Assembly: GCA_037131245.1 (NCBI GenBank)
Contig: JBAXRK010000008.1
Span: forward strand, 20,474 to 84,473
Source: Candidatus Omnitrophota bacterium
Lineage (GTDB): Bacteria > Omnitrophota > Gorgyraeia > Zapsychrales > Fredricksoniimonadaceae
Length of the DNA stretch: 64,000 nucleotides
Direction: 5' to 3'
The notes under the pieces are model-generated. The model had not been told where the DNA came from and ran no database searches. It saw only the letters and a list, made by a program, of their open reading frames with translations. Numbering within the stretch: the stretch's first letter is position 1; each line of letters starts with the position of its first letter. Both the position numbers and the translations under genes were made by a program. Shown in pieces: positions 18,653 to 28,300 of this stretch.

Positions 18653-19195
18653 TCATATCGCGGGCTTGGCCGCAGGAAGATATTTCAGCAGGGCTTTAAT
18701 GGTGCGCAGGCCGATCTGCCCGTCCGCATCCAGCCCCTGAGAAGCCTGGAAGGCTTTAATGGCCTGGCGGCTGTTACGACCAAGCTGGCCATCGATCTTT
18801 CCAACGCCGAAACCGGCTTTCGAGAGGGCTTTCTGAACCGCGTGGCCGCTCAAGACACCTTTCTTGAACAACGGGCTTGTCAGATACCCCTGCATCGCGG
18901 CCCAAGTGGCTTTATCCACGAACCGCGTGACCTTAAGGCCTTCATCAGCCTGAAAACGCGCTACCGCCTCGCGGGTGGACGCGCCAAACTTGCCGTCGGG
19001 ATGGCCGATATTATAGCCAAAACCTTTAAGGATCTTCTGAACTTCTTCCACTCTGGCGTTAAAGACATTGAACTCAAAAGCACCCAAAATGGCCCGCTCT
19101 TCCCCACCCGGTTTATGCAAGACGGCGTAAATGCGGTCGCAGCCAGTGGCCGGCAGGAGCAAAACGAATAACAAAAGAAGTTTGGCAAATCGCAT
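18653..19195 (-). CDS. lipoprotein with two peptidoglycan-binding (PG_binding_1-like) repeats
   Basis: Lipobox LLPATGC. Two repeats of the G..DG.FG..T..A...FQ...GL pattern. Confidence 0.7.
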   Translation of the reverse strand: MRFAKLLLLFVLLLPATGCDRIYAVLHKPGGEERAILGAFEFNVFNARVEEVQKILKGFGYNIGHPDGKFGASTREAVARFQADEGLKVTRFVDKATWAAMQGYLTSPLFKKGVLSGHAVQKALSKAGFGVGKIDGQLGRNSRQAIKAFQASQGLDADGQIGLRTIKALLKYLPAAKPAI

Positions 19196-19215
19196 ATCAC
19201 TTTATAATAAGTCCA

Positions 19216-20922
19216 TTGAACGCTCTGTCAATGCGATATTCTGCCATGCTCGATAAAATTGAATCACTGATCAAGAAGTCTTCCACCGCGATCCTGCTAC
19301 TCACGCTCCTGGGCGTGATCGTTTACGCCAACTGCCTGCCCAACGAAATGTTCTGGGATGACGATGACTTCATCCTCAAGAACTTGTTCCTGACCGACTG
19401 GAAATACTGGCCGCATTTTTTCACTGATAACCTGATCGCCGGCAATCACCTGGTCTGCAATTACTGGCGGCCGCTGTTGCAGATCGTTTTCGCGATCGAA
19501 TGGCACCTGTGGGCCGACTGGGCACCGGGCTGGCACGCGGTCAGCGTCTTTTTTCACATCCTGGCCGGAGCCGCGCTGTTCAAATGCCTCGACCTGCTTT
19601 TTACCAACCGCGCGCTGGCGTTCTTGTGCGCGGCGATGTTCATTGTCCATCCGGCCCAGACCGAAGCGGTGGTATATCCCAACAGCCTGGGCGACGCACT
19701 CGCCGCGGGCCTGATGTTCTGGGGCACTTACGCCTATGCCCGCCATCACAAGACCGGCGCGCGCGGCTGGTGGTGGATCGCGCTTCTAATGTATCCCCTG
19801 GCCCTGATGTCCAAAGAGACCGGCATTCTTCTTCTGGGCTACCTGGCCCTGGCCGAATTCTTCGTCCTCCAACAAGAAGGCGCCTTCTTCATCAAATGCT
19901 GGCGCACGCTCAGGAACTTATGGCCCTTCATCATCACGGCTGCCGGATACTTGCTCCTGCGCGCGACGGTGCTTAATTTCGCCAACTCGTTCAATTTTTA
20001 TAAAGAGCCAACGGCGTTCACCTCTCATTTCGGGCTGAGGCTGACATCATTCTTTCAAACCCTCGCGGCTTACACCGGTTTACTTTTTATCCCCTATGAT
20101 CTGCGCGTTGAACGGGTCATTCAGCCGCCGGCCAAATTGTTCACACCCGACGAGCTCTTTGGCGCCGCTATTTTCCTGATACTGGTCTATCTGATCATCC
20201 GCTGCTGGACAAAGCGGCCACTCATCTCCTTCGGGATCCTGTGGTTTTTCGTAAGCATCCTGCCGACATCAAACCTGATCGTGGTCATCAATGCCATCCT
20301 GTACGAACACTTTCTTTATACCGCGCTGATCGGCGTTTTTTGGGCCCTATTCTGGACGGGGCTAACCTGGGCGCAAACAGCCGAGAGAAAGCGGTTCTTC
20401 TGGGGGATAGCGCTGACCGTGATCGCGCTCTTTGCCGGGCGCAGCCTATGGCGCACGTTCGACTGGCGCACCGCGATCGGGTTCTACGAAAAACTTATCG
20501 TGACCGCGCCGGACAGTTACCGCGTGATCAATAATCTGGGCATGGAATACGCCGAAAAAGGCCGCCTTGTCGAAGCCGAGGCGACGTATAAGAAAGCCGT
20601 CACGCTCGACCCCACGAACGCCGTGGCGTATCACAATTTAGGGAATTTGTGCCAGGCGTCAGGAAGAAGGAAGGACGCCATCGCCTATTTTGAACAAGCC
20701 ATCGCCCGGCAGAAGAATTTCATCTTTTCCTACAAGCCGCTGGCCAAGCTATACCTCGACAGCAACGATTACCCCAATGCCCGCCGCGTGCTGGAGCAAT
20801 TCTACGCCTACACGGACGAACGGGAGATGGTGCTCAAGACCCTCGTCGCCATTGCCCAAAGGCAAAGTGACAATGCCGCAGTCCAGCGTTACTCACAAAT
20901 TTTATCAAAGCTGCACCTCTAA
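19216..20922 (+). CDS. polytopic membrane protein with C-terminal TPR repeats (TMTC/O-mannosyltransferase-like GT-C candidate)
   Basis: N-terminal motif NEMFWDDDDFILKN followed by many helices. C-terminal TPR repeats (GMEYAEKGRLVEAEATYKKAVTLDPTNAVAYHNLGNLCQASGRRKDAIAYFEQAI). The start is uncertain: TTG at 19216, ATG at 19231 or ATG at 19246. Confidence 0.55.
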   Translation: MNALSMRYSAMLDKIESLIKKSSTAILLLTLLGVIVYANCLPNEMFWDDDDFILKNLFLTDWKYWPHFFTDNLIAGNHLVCNYWRPLLQIVFAIEWHLWADWAPGWHAVSVFFHILAGAALFKCLDLLFTNRALAFLCAAMFIVHPAQTEAVVYPNSLGDALAAGLMFWGTYAYARHHKTGARGWWWIALLMYPLALMSKETGILLLGYLALAEFFVLQQEGAFFIKCWRTLRNLWPFIITAAGYLLLRATVLNFANSFNFYKEPTAFTSHFGLRLTSFFQTLAAYTGLLFIPYDLRVERVIQPPAKLFTPDELFGAAIFLILVYLIIRCWTKRPLISFGILWFFVSILPTSNLIVVINAILYEHFLYTALIGVFWALFWTGLTWAQTAERKRFFWGIALTVIALFAGRSLWRTFDWRTAIGFYEKLIVTAPDSYRVINNLGMEYAEKGRLVEAEATYKKAVTLDPTNAVAYHNLGNLCQASGRRKDAIAYFEQAIARQKNFIFSYKPLAKLYLDSNDYPNARRVLEQFYAYTDEREMVLKTLVAIAQRQSDNAAVQRYSQILSKLHL

Positions 20923-20986
20923 TAGCGAATATCTCTTTTGCGGAATTTCCGAAATTATGCTATTCTTTGCATTAACAGGAGGCTTT

Positions 20987-21229
20987 ATGACCATTGCCAT
21001 GACAAACAAGAACCAGGTGACCATCCCTAAAAAACTCGTTACGCTGATGGGTCTTAAAGAGGGCGCTTTATTCAATATTGAAATAAAAGGGTCCCGGTTG
21101 GAACTTATTCCCCTGGAGGTCACCGAAAAGTTCTTTACCGATGAAGAATATGCCGGGCTGGAGCGTCTTTATCAGAAAGAAAAACATTCTGCTAAAAAGT
21201 TATCCCTAAAGAACATTGAGGCGCTCTAA
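20987..21229 (+). CDS. AbrB/MazE/SpoVT-family antitoxin-like DNA-binding protein
   Basis: 80 aa starting MTIAMTNKNQVTIPKKLVTLMGLKEGALFNIEIKGSRLELIPL (SpoVT-AbrB swapped-hairpin pattern). AGGAGG sits 4 nt upstream of the ATG at 20987. The ORF-track extension back to 20690 overlaps the preceding gene. Confidence 0.7.
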   Translation: MTIAMTNKNQVTIPKKLVTLMGLKEGALFNIEIKGSRLELIPLEVTEKFFTDEEYAGLERLYQKEKHSAKKLSLKNIEAL

Positions 21230-21427
21230 TGCCCTGGGAGCTGGCCTTTCTGCCTTCATTGGCACGAAGCTTAAAACATGCCGACCCAAACCAGAAGGAA
21301 ACCGTACTCCTTCTACGAAATCGGCGTTGAAGGAAAGACCCGCATCATTTTACGCCGGGAAGAAAGAACATTTACTGCCATTCTTGCCGGTAACCACGAC
21401 CAGATACGCTGTTTTCTCGCCAAATAA
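21229..21427 (+). pseudogene. frameshifted, shortened RelE/ParE-like toxin remnant
   Basis: The ATG overlaps the antitoxin stop (TAATG). Frame 1 reads MPWELAFLPSLARSLKHADPNQKETVLLLRNRR* and stops at 21330. Another frame, running to 21427, reads ..KPYSFYEIGVEGKTRIILRREERTFTAILAGNHDQIRCFLAK*. Together these resemble the RelE/ParE pattern W.l.f...a.k.l ... yRiiy......i..v.H. Confidence 0.4.
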
Positions 21428-21450
21428 AAAGGGCGGCCGAATGGCCGCCC
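21424..21450 (-). terminator. intrinsic terminator closing the large-gene cluster (between convergent genes)
   Basis: GGGCGGCC-GAAT-GGCCGCCC, a perfect 8-bp GC stem at 21431-21450. In minus sense it is followed by TTTTTAT. Confidence 0.7.
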
Positions 21451-21477
21451 TTGAAAGCACTTACACAGTTGTTACGC

Positions 21478-24400
21478 TCAGCCCGTTGCTCCTGCCATCG
21501 CGGGCGCCTGAACCCTTGGCCCCAGGAACGCCGGCACATCCGTGACTGGCGTGATGCTGCGGATGATCGGCACCAGGCCGTTAAAATCCCCGCGCTGGAG
21601 CATGGCCGGGTCAATATTGAACTTGATGCCCGGGCCGTTGGAATCGATGTTCAGATCGGCATTGCTCATGTCGAAGTCGATACCACCCTGCTGTAGGCGA
21701 TTACTAACAGGACTAGCCACTTGATTAACCACTTGTTCACTATTATCAATATGACCTGCTTTCATCGTTCCCTGCTCATCAAAAGTAATCGCTACATCCT
21801 CCAATACGATCCTTCCCGTAGCAGGCAACCCTAGTTCTTTTCTTGATTCAGGACTATTAAGATCCTGAGGCTTACCGGAAAGATTATTGATCCGGATGCT
21901 GCCAATTAAAACAGCGTCCTTCAAGATAACAGCATCCGATGCGTCGCCTTTCTTTAAAACAATCTGCAAAGCCTTAAGATCTTTAGCACTGCCATTCTTA
22001 CCCAATGCCACATCTTCTAACGTCGTCAAATTCTTATAGTATGGCGCATCATCAAATTCATCTTTTTTAGGAATCACAAACTCTAATAACGGTGGATGGA
22101 ACTTGGCACCATAAACATGCTTTAAGGTCCAATCATTCAGATCAAGGTCAAACGCATCTGTCATAAACTGAAACCAATAATCTCCTGCCGACTTGCCTGG
22201 AGTAAAGAACTCCATCCTGTCCTCAACCCCGATATTGACGATCTTAACCAATCGACCCGACTTTGTGTGTTTCTTTAAAATTTCTTTTGCTGCCGGTGTA
22301 TTTTCGAAATAATTCTGTAAATTCAGTAAGGCGGTTCCAAACGGCCCTTCCAACTGAAAGAAATCTTTACTTCCTTGCGGTTTCTTGGAATCGATCAAGT
22401 CCGGAGCAAAGATCTTGTACATATTCTCCCGTTTCTCCTCAAGCGTGGCCCCTTGGATAACATTCTGAAAAACGTCTCTTAGGATCTCCTCCAGCTTGGA
22501 CTTATATAACGCCGCAATATTCGTATTAAAACTTTGCGTACCTTCACCGCCAATCCCGCCCTTTCGGCCAGCATTCACAAAGGCTGAACGCTGATCGTTG
22601 ATCTTAGCTGAGGCCAACTCCAACATCTTGACATTGATCTTTCCCTCTGGCGTTATCTCAATGCCAAACTTACCGCCCTTGGTGTCAATATCCGTAGCTG
22701 TTGTTGAAAGCATGACAATAGGTATTTCTTCTTCAACCATCCATTGCATAATAGTGTCATTAACTAAGCTATTAACAGCATCTCCATTTTGAAACGTTAC
22801 AAACTCATTGCCTTCTGATTTTTTTGAAGAGTCAATCATCTCTCCCAAAAACGTTGTCGCCCATTCACCATGACTAACAGAGCTCAATCGCTCATAAGTT
22901 GGCTTTAATGTATCCACAGTCAATGAAGGATAGAACTGTGCCATCCTCATGTTAATATCAATGCCTTCATCCGCAAATATTTCACGGTACGTTCTTACCC
23001 GTGGGCGGTCATCTATAATATCCTGAAGGCATTCCTTTTCCAAAAATGCCTCATAAAACGGCTTCGATTCAACGTTCACCAAAGGTTCAAAAACAATACG
23101 ACCACCCCCCAAAAAACCCATCTTCTTACGATATAAAAGATTCAATGCCTTGATCTCGGCAATCGTCAAAAACCGGTCTTTACCTTTGATCTTCAACTTC
23201 ATTACTTTTTCTATCTCACCTGACGACACAAGCATACCTATGTCTGTGCCTTTAGCCCCAATGCTTAATACAATATTCCTGATCTTCTTGAATTGTTCAG
23301 CGGTATACTTCTTACCCGAAGAAGGCCGTTCAACAAACCATTTATCAGAAATTTTATCCTGAAGAGATTTGCCATCAACCGAAAAGCTAAATTCTGGCCT
23401 AACAAAACCATTCTCATCCAAATACCCATTCGAGTACAAAACCTCCCTTATGTCCTTATAGTCAAACCCCTCGCTTTCAAACCAGGGCTTTTTGATCTCC
23501 AAACTATGATTCCTAAGAACATACGTCTGACGCTCGATTGCTGAACCTAAGCCGGCGTCACCAGATGCGACAATGGCCGTATATTGATGTTTCCTGGTAT
23601 AATTGCTAACAATTCTTTTGATGTCCGAATATTCATTTCGCCCCAAAAGAGCTTCTTTCTCGGCAGGCTTCAATAACGCATCCAAAATATAATTGCTTTC
23701 TCCATCCTGTCTAGCTGAAGCAACCAGAGTTTTAATTAACTCGTCATCGCCAATTTGCTCTTTATTTTGTGCTCTTCGAAGAGCAGCTTCCAAAAATTTA
23801 TCTTTGCCATTCCGATTCAAAGAAATTTTTAGCCTCCGAACTTTCTCCCAATTGGCTTTATCTTTAATCTTGTCAAGAAAAGCTCTAAAATGACCCATCC
23901 AGGCAACCACGCCCCAACCACTAACCGGTCCATATTTACCTAGAATTCCATCCTCTCCTTTACCAGACTTTAAAGCTTCTTCCGCAAAGGTTATGGCTTT
24001 GGCTACCTGTTCCGGCGTTTCAAACAGTTGCGAAGCATTAGCCGCCGCCTGCGCGGCGCTGACATTGCCAAGGTCGACGCGCGCGCCAACAAGGCGATCC
24101 TGAGACACCACCGGAACCGCACTCGCCGGCATGCGCTCGGCATTGTTCACATCCTTCGCTGAATCCCCTAGCACACCACCCGAGAAATACTTCCGCGGGA
24201 TGACCTCATTGCTCTGCGCGTCGAGGTCTTCCTTAATATAGTTGTAAACGCCCTTCTTGAAGGCCTCCACATAACGCTGATAGACCTGCTCTTTTTCGGT
24301 CTTATCCGCCAGCGCGTTCCCGGCCACCTTGTTCTTGTCGGCGAACGACGCATTAAGAATGCTGTCCTTGACCTTCACCTTATACCAGGCGGCCAGAAGC

Positions 24401-25218
24401 AGCGAATCGAACACCTGACGCAGCTGGGCAAAATTCTTGCCTTCATTGACCTCTTTGGTGATCGCCGGGAGCACCACCTCGCGCAGCACGCGGGAGGAAA
24501 TATCATTAAGCGTTTTAGACGCTTCATCCGTGATCTCGGGCGCGTCCGACTTATTATTAGCCACCGCCAGGTAATCCTGCTCGGTCAGCACTTTGAGCGT
24601 ATGCTTGACGATATAAACGCCGTTACCGGTCTCGTACAGCGCGATCTTATCCGGCATGATCCATACTTTATTGAACGACTCCATCGGCACATCCGACGTG
24701 CCCAGCTTGGCCTGCGCCTCGGCATACACCTTGGCCCAGAATTCCTTCCCCAGATCTGTCTCGGGATACACCATGGTCGCGGTGAGCTGCTTGAGCACAT
24801 AATCCTGTGCCAGCATGTCGCGGCCCATTTCGGTGCTGCCCAGGGCATCCGGAATAATGCGGTTCTTTTCATAGGGCGAAAGGTTCACCCAGGTCTCTTT
24901 TTCGGGAACGGTCAGCGCGGTAAGAAAATACTTAATGAGGCGATCGCTTTCATCGGAAAGCGCCTGGCCTTCCAAGCCGCTCTCACCTTTATCGACTATA
25001 AAATCGAACGCGAAAGGGTTCGCCAGGTCCACCTTGACGCCTTTAAGGGCGGCCGGGGTGAACGGCGCGCTTGCCTGAACCATGGTGCCGGGCACGGGCA
25101 AAGCGGCCAGCGCCTGCGCGAGCGCGGGCGTGGGCATCACGGAATTGACGAAGAAAAGCATCGCCAACGCTGCCGTGAACTGCCTTACAATGAACGATTT
25201 TTTGTCGAAATGAAGCAT
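21478..25218 (-). CDS. large secreted protein P1: shared N-module, UDP-sugar pyrophosphorylase (UDPGP)-like cargo, shared C-terminal GGID tail
   Basis: Signal peptide (..FFVNSVMPTPALAQA). The N-module, about 25140-24170, aligns with P2 and P3. The cargo shows a UDPGP-like motif order (IVASGDAGLGS; LSIGAKGTD; SHGEW; FQNGDAVNSLVND; DTKGGKFG; SFNTNIAAL; FFQLEGPFG). The tail is QQGGIDFD.. at 21694-21478. The start at 25218 has a GGGGA Shine-Dalgarno; the ORF track allows 25251. Confidence 0.6.
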   Translation of the reverse strand: MLHFDKKSFIVRQFTAALAMLFFVNSVMPTPALAQALAALPVPGTMVQASAPFTPAALKGVKVDLANPFAFDFIVDKGESGLEGQALSDESDRLIKYFLTALTVPEKETWVNLSPYEKNRIIPDALGSTEMGRDMLAQDYVLKQLTATMVYPETDLGKEFWAKVYAEAQAKLGTSDVPMESFNKVWIMPDKIALYETGNGVYIVKHTLKVLTEQDYLAVANNKSDAPEITDEASKTLNDISSRVLREVVLPAITKEVNEGKNFAQLRQVFDSLLLAAWYKVKVKDSILNASFADKNKVAGNALADKTEKEQVYQRYVEAFKKGVYNYIKEDLDAQSNEVIPRKYFSGGVLGDSAKDVNNAERMPASAVPVVSQDRLVGARVDLGNVSAAQAAANASQLFETPEQVAKAITFAEEALKSGKGEDGILGKYGPVSGWGVVAWMGHFRAFLDKIKDKANWEKVRRLKISLNRNGKDKFLEAALRRAQNKEQIGDDELIKTLVASARQDGESNYILDALLKPAEKEALLGRNEYSDIKRIVSNYTRKHQYTAIVASGDAGLGSAIERQTYVLRNHSLEIKKPWFESEGFDYKDIREVLYSNGYLDENGFVRPEFSFSVDGKSLQDKISDKWFVERPSSGKKYTAEQFKKIRNIVLSIGAKGTDIGMLVSSGEIEKVMKLKIKGKDRFLTIAEIKALNLLYRKKMGFLGGGRIVFEPLVNVESKPFYEAFLEKECLQDIIDDRPRVRTYREIFADEGIDINMRMAQFYPSLTVDTLKPTYERLSSVSHGEWATTFLGEMIDSSKKSEGNEFVTFQNGDAVNSLVNDTIMQWMVEEEIPIVMLSTTATDIDTKGGKFGIEITPEGKINVKMLELASAKINDQRSAFVNAGRKGGIGGEGTQSFNTNIAALYKSKLEEILRDVFQNVIQGATLEEKRENMYKIFAPDLIDSKKPQGSKDFFQLEGPFGTALLNLQNYFENTPAAKEILKKHTKSGRLVKIVNIGVEDRMEFFTPGKSAGDYWFQFMTDAFDLDLNDWTLKHVYGAKFHPPLLEFVIPKKDEFDDAPYYKNLTTLEDVALGKNGSAKDLKALQIVLKKGDASDAVILKDAVLIGSIRINNLSGKPQDLNSPESRKELGLPATGRIVLEDVAITFDEQGTMKAGHIDNSEQVVNQVASPVSNRLQQGGIDFDMSNADLNIDSNGPGIKFNIDPAMLQRGDFNGLVPIIRSITPVTDVPAFLGPRVQAPAMAGATG

Positions 25219-25341
25219 AAACATCCCCTTTTTGAATGTTATAAATATCACCCAGTCATCAAATATCGTTGTCCGACCTCCACCATGACTACAGACACGA
25301 ACCCCTTGCTATACAAAGGATAAACTATATAAAGGCACTTT

Positions 25342-28300
25342 TCAAGGCAACGGGAAAATTTTCTCCAAACCCGCTACCGGTGTTATGCCCAGGAAAACAG
25401 GTGTAAAACCCTTAAATTCGCTGCTGCCGATGGCGCTGCGCAGGGCTTCGTCATCGAATTTGATGGCCGAACTTCCGGCCTGAGCGACAAGATTAATACT
25501 GCTGATGTCGATACCACCGACCTCTTGGCTATAATCAACAATAGCACGGGCGAAGACCGCCGCTTGTTCCGGCAGGCCCTTAAGCACATCCTCACGGGTC
25601 ATTTTCATGTTCTCGACATTTTTCCGCAAAATCGCAACCAATGCGTCTTTCTCTTTGCCATTAAGGGAATTGAACAGCCCAAGCGCCTCGCCCCATTTGG
25701 CCTCCGGGATAATGCCATAACCTTCCTTAACGACCCAGTCGCCTTTCTGGCCATTGACAATGATCCGGAAATACTCCCCGACAATATCCTGCACCGCCGT
25801 ATCATTAGGCGTATACCCGGTCGTAAAGCTGATCCCCTGGATCTGGCCGCTGGCCATTTCGCTCGCAAAAACGCTTTCAAAATTACCTTTCGTCCTGAGC
25901 TGCTGAAGGGGCTTTTGAATGTAAAGAAGCTTTAGCGGCTCGGTCCTGTTACCGCCGAGCAAGCCTCTCTTCTTAAGCTCTTCTTTCGCCAAAGAGAAAT
26001 TCTGCACCGTATACGCGGCTTTTTTCTCCAGGATCATCACATCATCGCTTTGAAGGTCCGGCACCAGTTTCTGCCAATCTGGATTCTTCTCGGCCATCTG
26101 AATAAGGATCGAACGGATCATTTCGGCTTCACTCGCCATCGTGACATTGAACCCGTTAGCCAACGCCGTTTTCTGAATATCCAGCGTCAGCCGGCCTGTG
26201 CCGCCCGAGATCAAAATATGCTTTCCGATGCCGCGCGCTTTAAGCTCAAGGACCTTCCGGTAAACGTTAAGATCGTCATTACCGGGGATCATCAGGACAT
26301 CAATATTCTGGCCCGGCAGCTGGTCTTCAGAAACGTCGTTGTGCAGAAGAACTGAAAACTGTTGGCTCAAGCTAGCATCATTCAGCGACATGGAACTATC
26401 GCTTTTCGCTGTGTCGATCGTTTTGATAGCCTCCAAGGTTTTAGCCTTAAGCTCAGGCTTGGCGGCATCGGCCATGATCGGCCCCAACAGATCGGGCGTA
26501 TACGTTTTAACCCTGGACTGTTCGCTAAGCGCCTCCCAGGTGGTTTCTTCAATGTCCCAAACTTCACCCAAGCCGGACTTGATCGCTTTCATTTCCTTGA
26601 TGAAAACATCTTTTAAAAGATCCAGGACCTTAACCAGCTCTTTCTTGCGCTCTCCACCGGCCTTGTAAATAGCCATGATCTCGGCCGGAACATCAGAAGC
26701 TGCCGCGGGCGTTTTATAAAAACGAACGATCATCGCCTTAAGGTCAGCATCTAATTTATTATCAGCCTTCAATGCGGCAATCGCTTTAGCCCGGGCCATG
26801 GTCAGTTTAGCCAGCTCTTTCTCGATCTTCTTCCACTCCGAAGCTGATCCTTGATAAACAGAAAGGGACCGAACTTCTTTATTGTTTGAACCCGGCTCGT
26901 CGTAAACATCAAAAGACACAAACGACAGTTTCCCGAACAACTTCGATTTCTGCTGTAAATTCAGCTCCTGATCCAATTCCTCGGTAACACCGGTAATATG
27001 CTTCATTCCCGTCACCAGATGGCCACCATAGATCGACCGGAAGAATCCGAATGTATTCCAGGGGGCGCGCACCTGAACAAGGACCTTTTTCCCGGGCGTC
27101 AGAACAAAAGCATTGGCTGTCTGATGAAAATACCCTAATTGTTCAGCGATATTGCGGTCAATGGTCCCATTAACCTTGATCACGCTGATAATGCCTTGCC
27201 CCTCTTCACGGGTTCTGGCTTTCTTCAACATTTCGATCGCCCGTGCGTTCATCTTTAGAATGTCGACCGACTCGCCCTTTAACTTCATCTCACCAGCACG
27301 GATCTTTTCCATGACAACATCAATAGCATTCACACGCTCCGCTGAAATAATAACCCCGCCATTGACCTGGGTTTCGATCGACTCGATCCCGTCCCGCACG
27401 ATCTTCAGGGTGGACTCAAGATTCTTTCTAGCCAGGACTTTCTCCTCCGCCGAAGCCTTCGCGTCATTGATAATGGCCGAATAGGCCCCGATCGACGCCT
27501 TTAATTCTTCTGAAAGCATCGACGCGTCGGCTTTCCTGCTACCCGTTACAGCCGCTACTTTCGCGCGGATCATTTCATTCGCGTTCTCTTTTAACGCTTC
27601 CACCGCCTTAACACCGCGCGGATCTCCGATCTGAAGCAAGGCATCGATCATCGCGGAAAGAACGAATGGGTCTTCCTCGGTCTCCAGCGCTTTTAAAACA
27701 ATCCCAAGCGCCTGCTCTCCACCGATATTCCCCAATGCCACGACCGCCGCGGCCACTGTCTGGAAATCAGGATCATGTAATCCCTTATTTGACTTGAGCA
27801 CATCAATGACACGAGGATCTGTCTTATCTTTGCGTCCCGCGTTGATCATCCCCAATCCCCAGACCGCGGTACGTTTGGCCCAATAGGTCGGCGCGTTCGA
27901 AACAGCATCCAGAAGGGCGGCTTCAGCGTCTACTCCGCCGCGCATGGCCAGGACCGTGATCGCCCAACGGCTAACGGCCGCATTCTGATTCATGATATGC
28001 GGCGCAACAAGAGCATTCACATCATCGCGGTCCGTTATGGTCAAATAGCGCGTCCTCCATAGATCATAGTTTCCCCTCTCACCGCTCGTATTGGCCACGA
28101 TCTCGTCAACGAACTCATTAACAAAATCATGCGGTTCCTCAGCCAGCTTGGCCGCGATCATCGTTTCACCGGCGAATTCACCATCGACAGCGGCCAGCTC
28201 TCCTTCAAAACGCGCTCCAGCCATCTGCATGGCCCACACCGCAGCGCCATGAACATCTTCGGGCTCACCCTTACGCTCCGCCAAAGACCTGAGCGCCTCA

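Noticed and set aside
20690-20986. The N-terminal 99 codons of the 179-aa ORF 20690..21229.
   Set aside because: They overlap the end of the TPR membrane-protein gene in another frame and are P/S/T/R-rich. A strong AGGAGG-ATG at 20987 starts the recognisable AbrB-like domain.
21216-21545. The 109-aa plus-strand ORF as a real gene, for example the toxin partner.
   Set aside because: It reads through the GC-rich terminator hairpin and into the 3' end of P1. Its sequence is not toxin-like. The RelE-like signal lies in the other two frames, so I interpret the locus as a frameshifted pseudogene.
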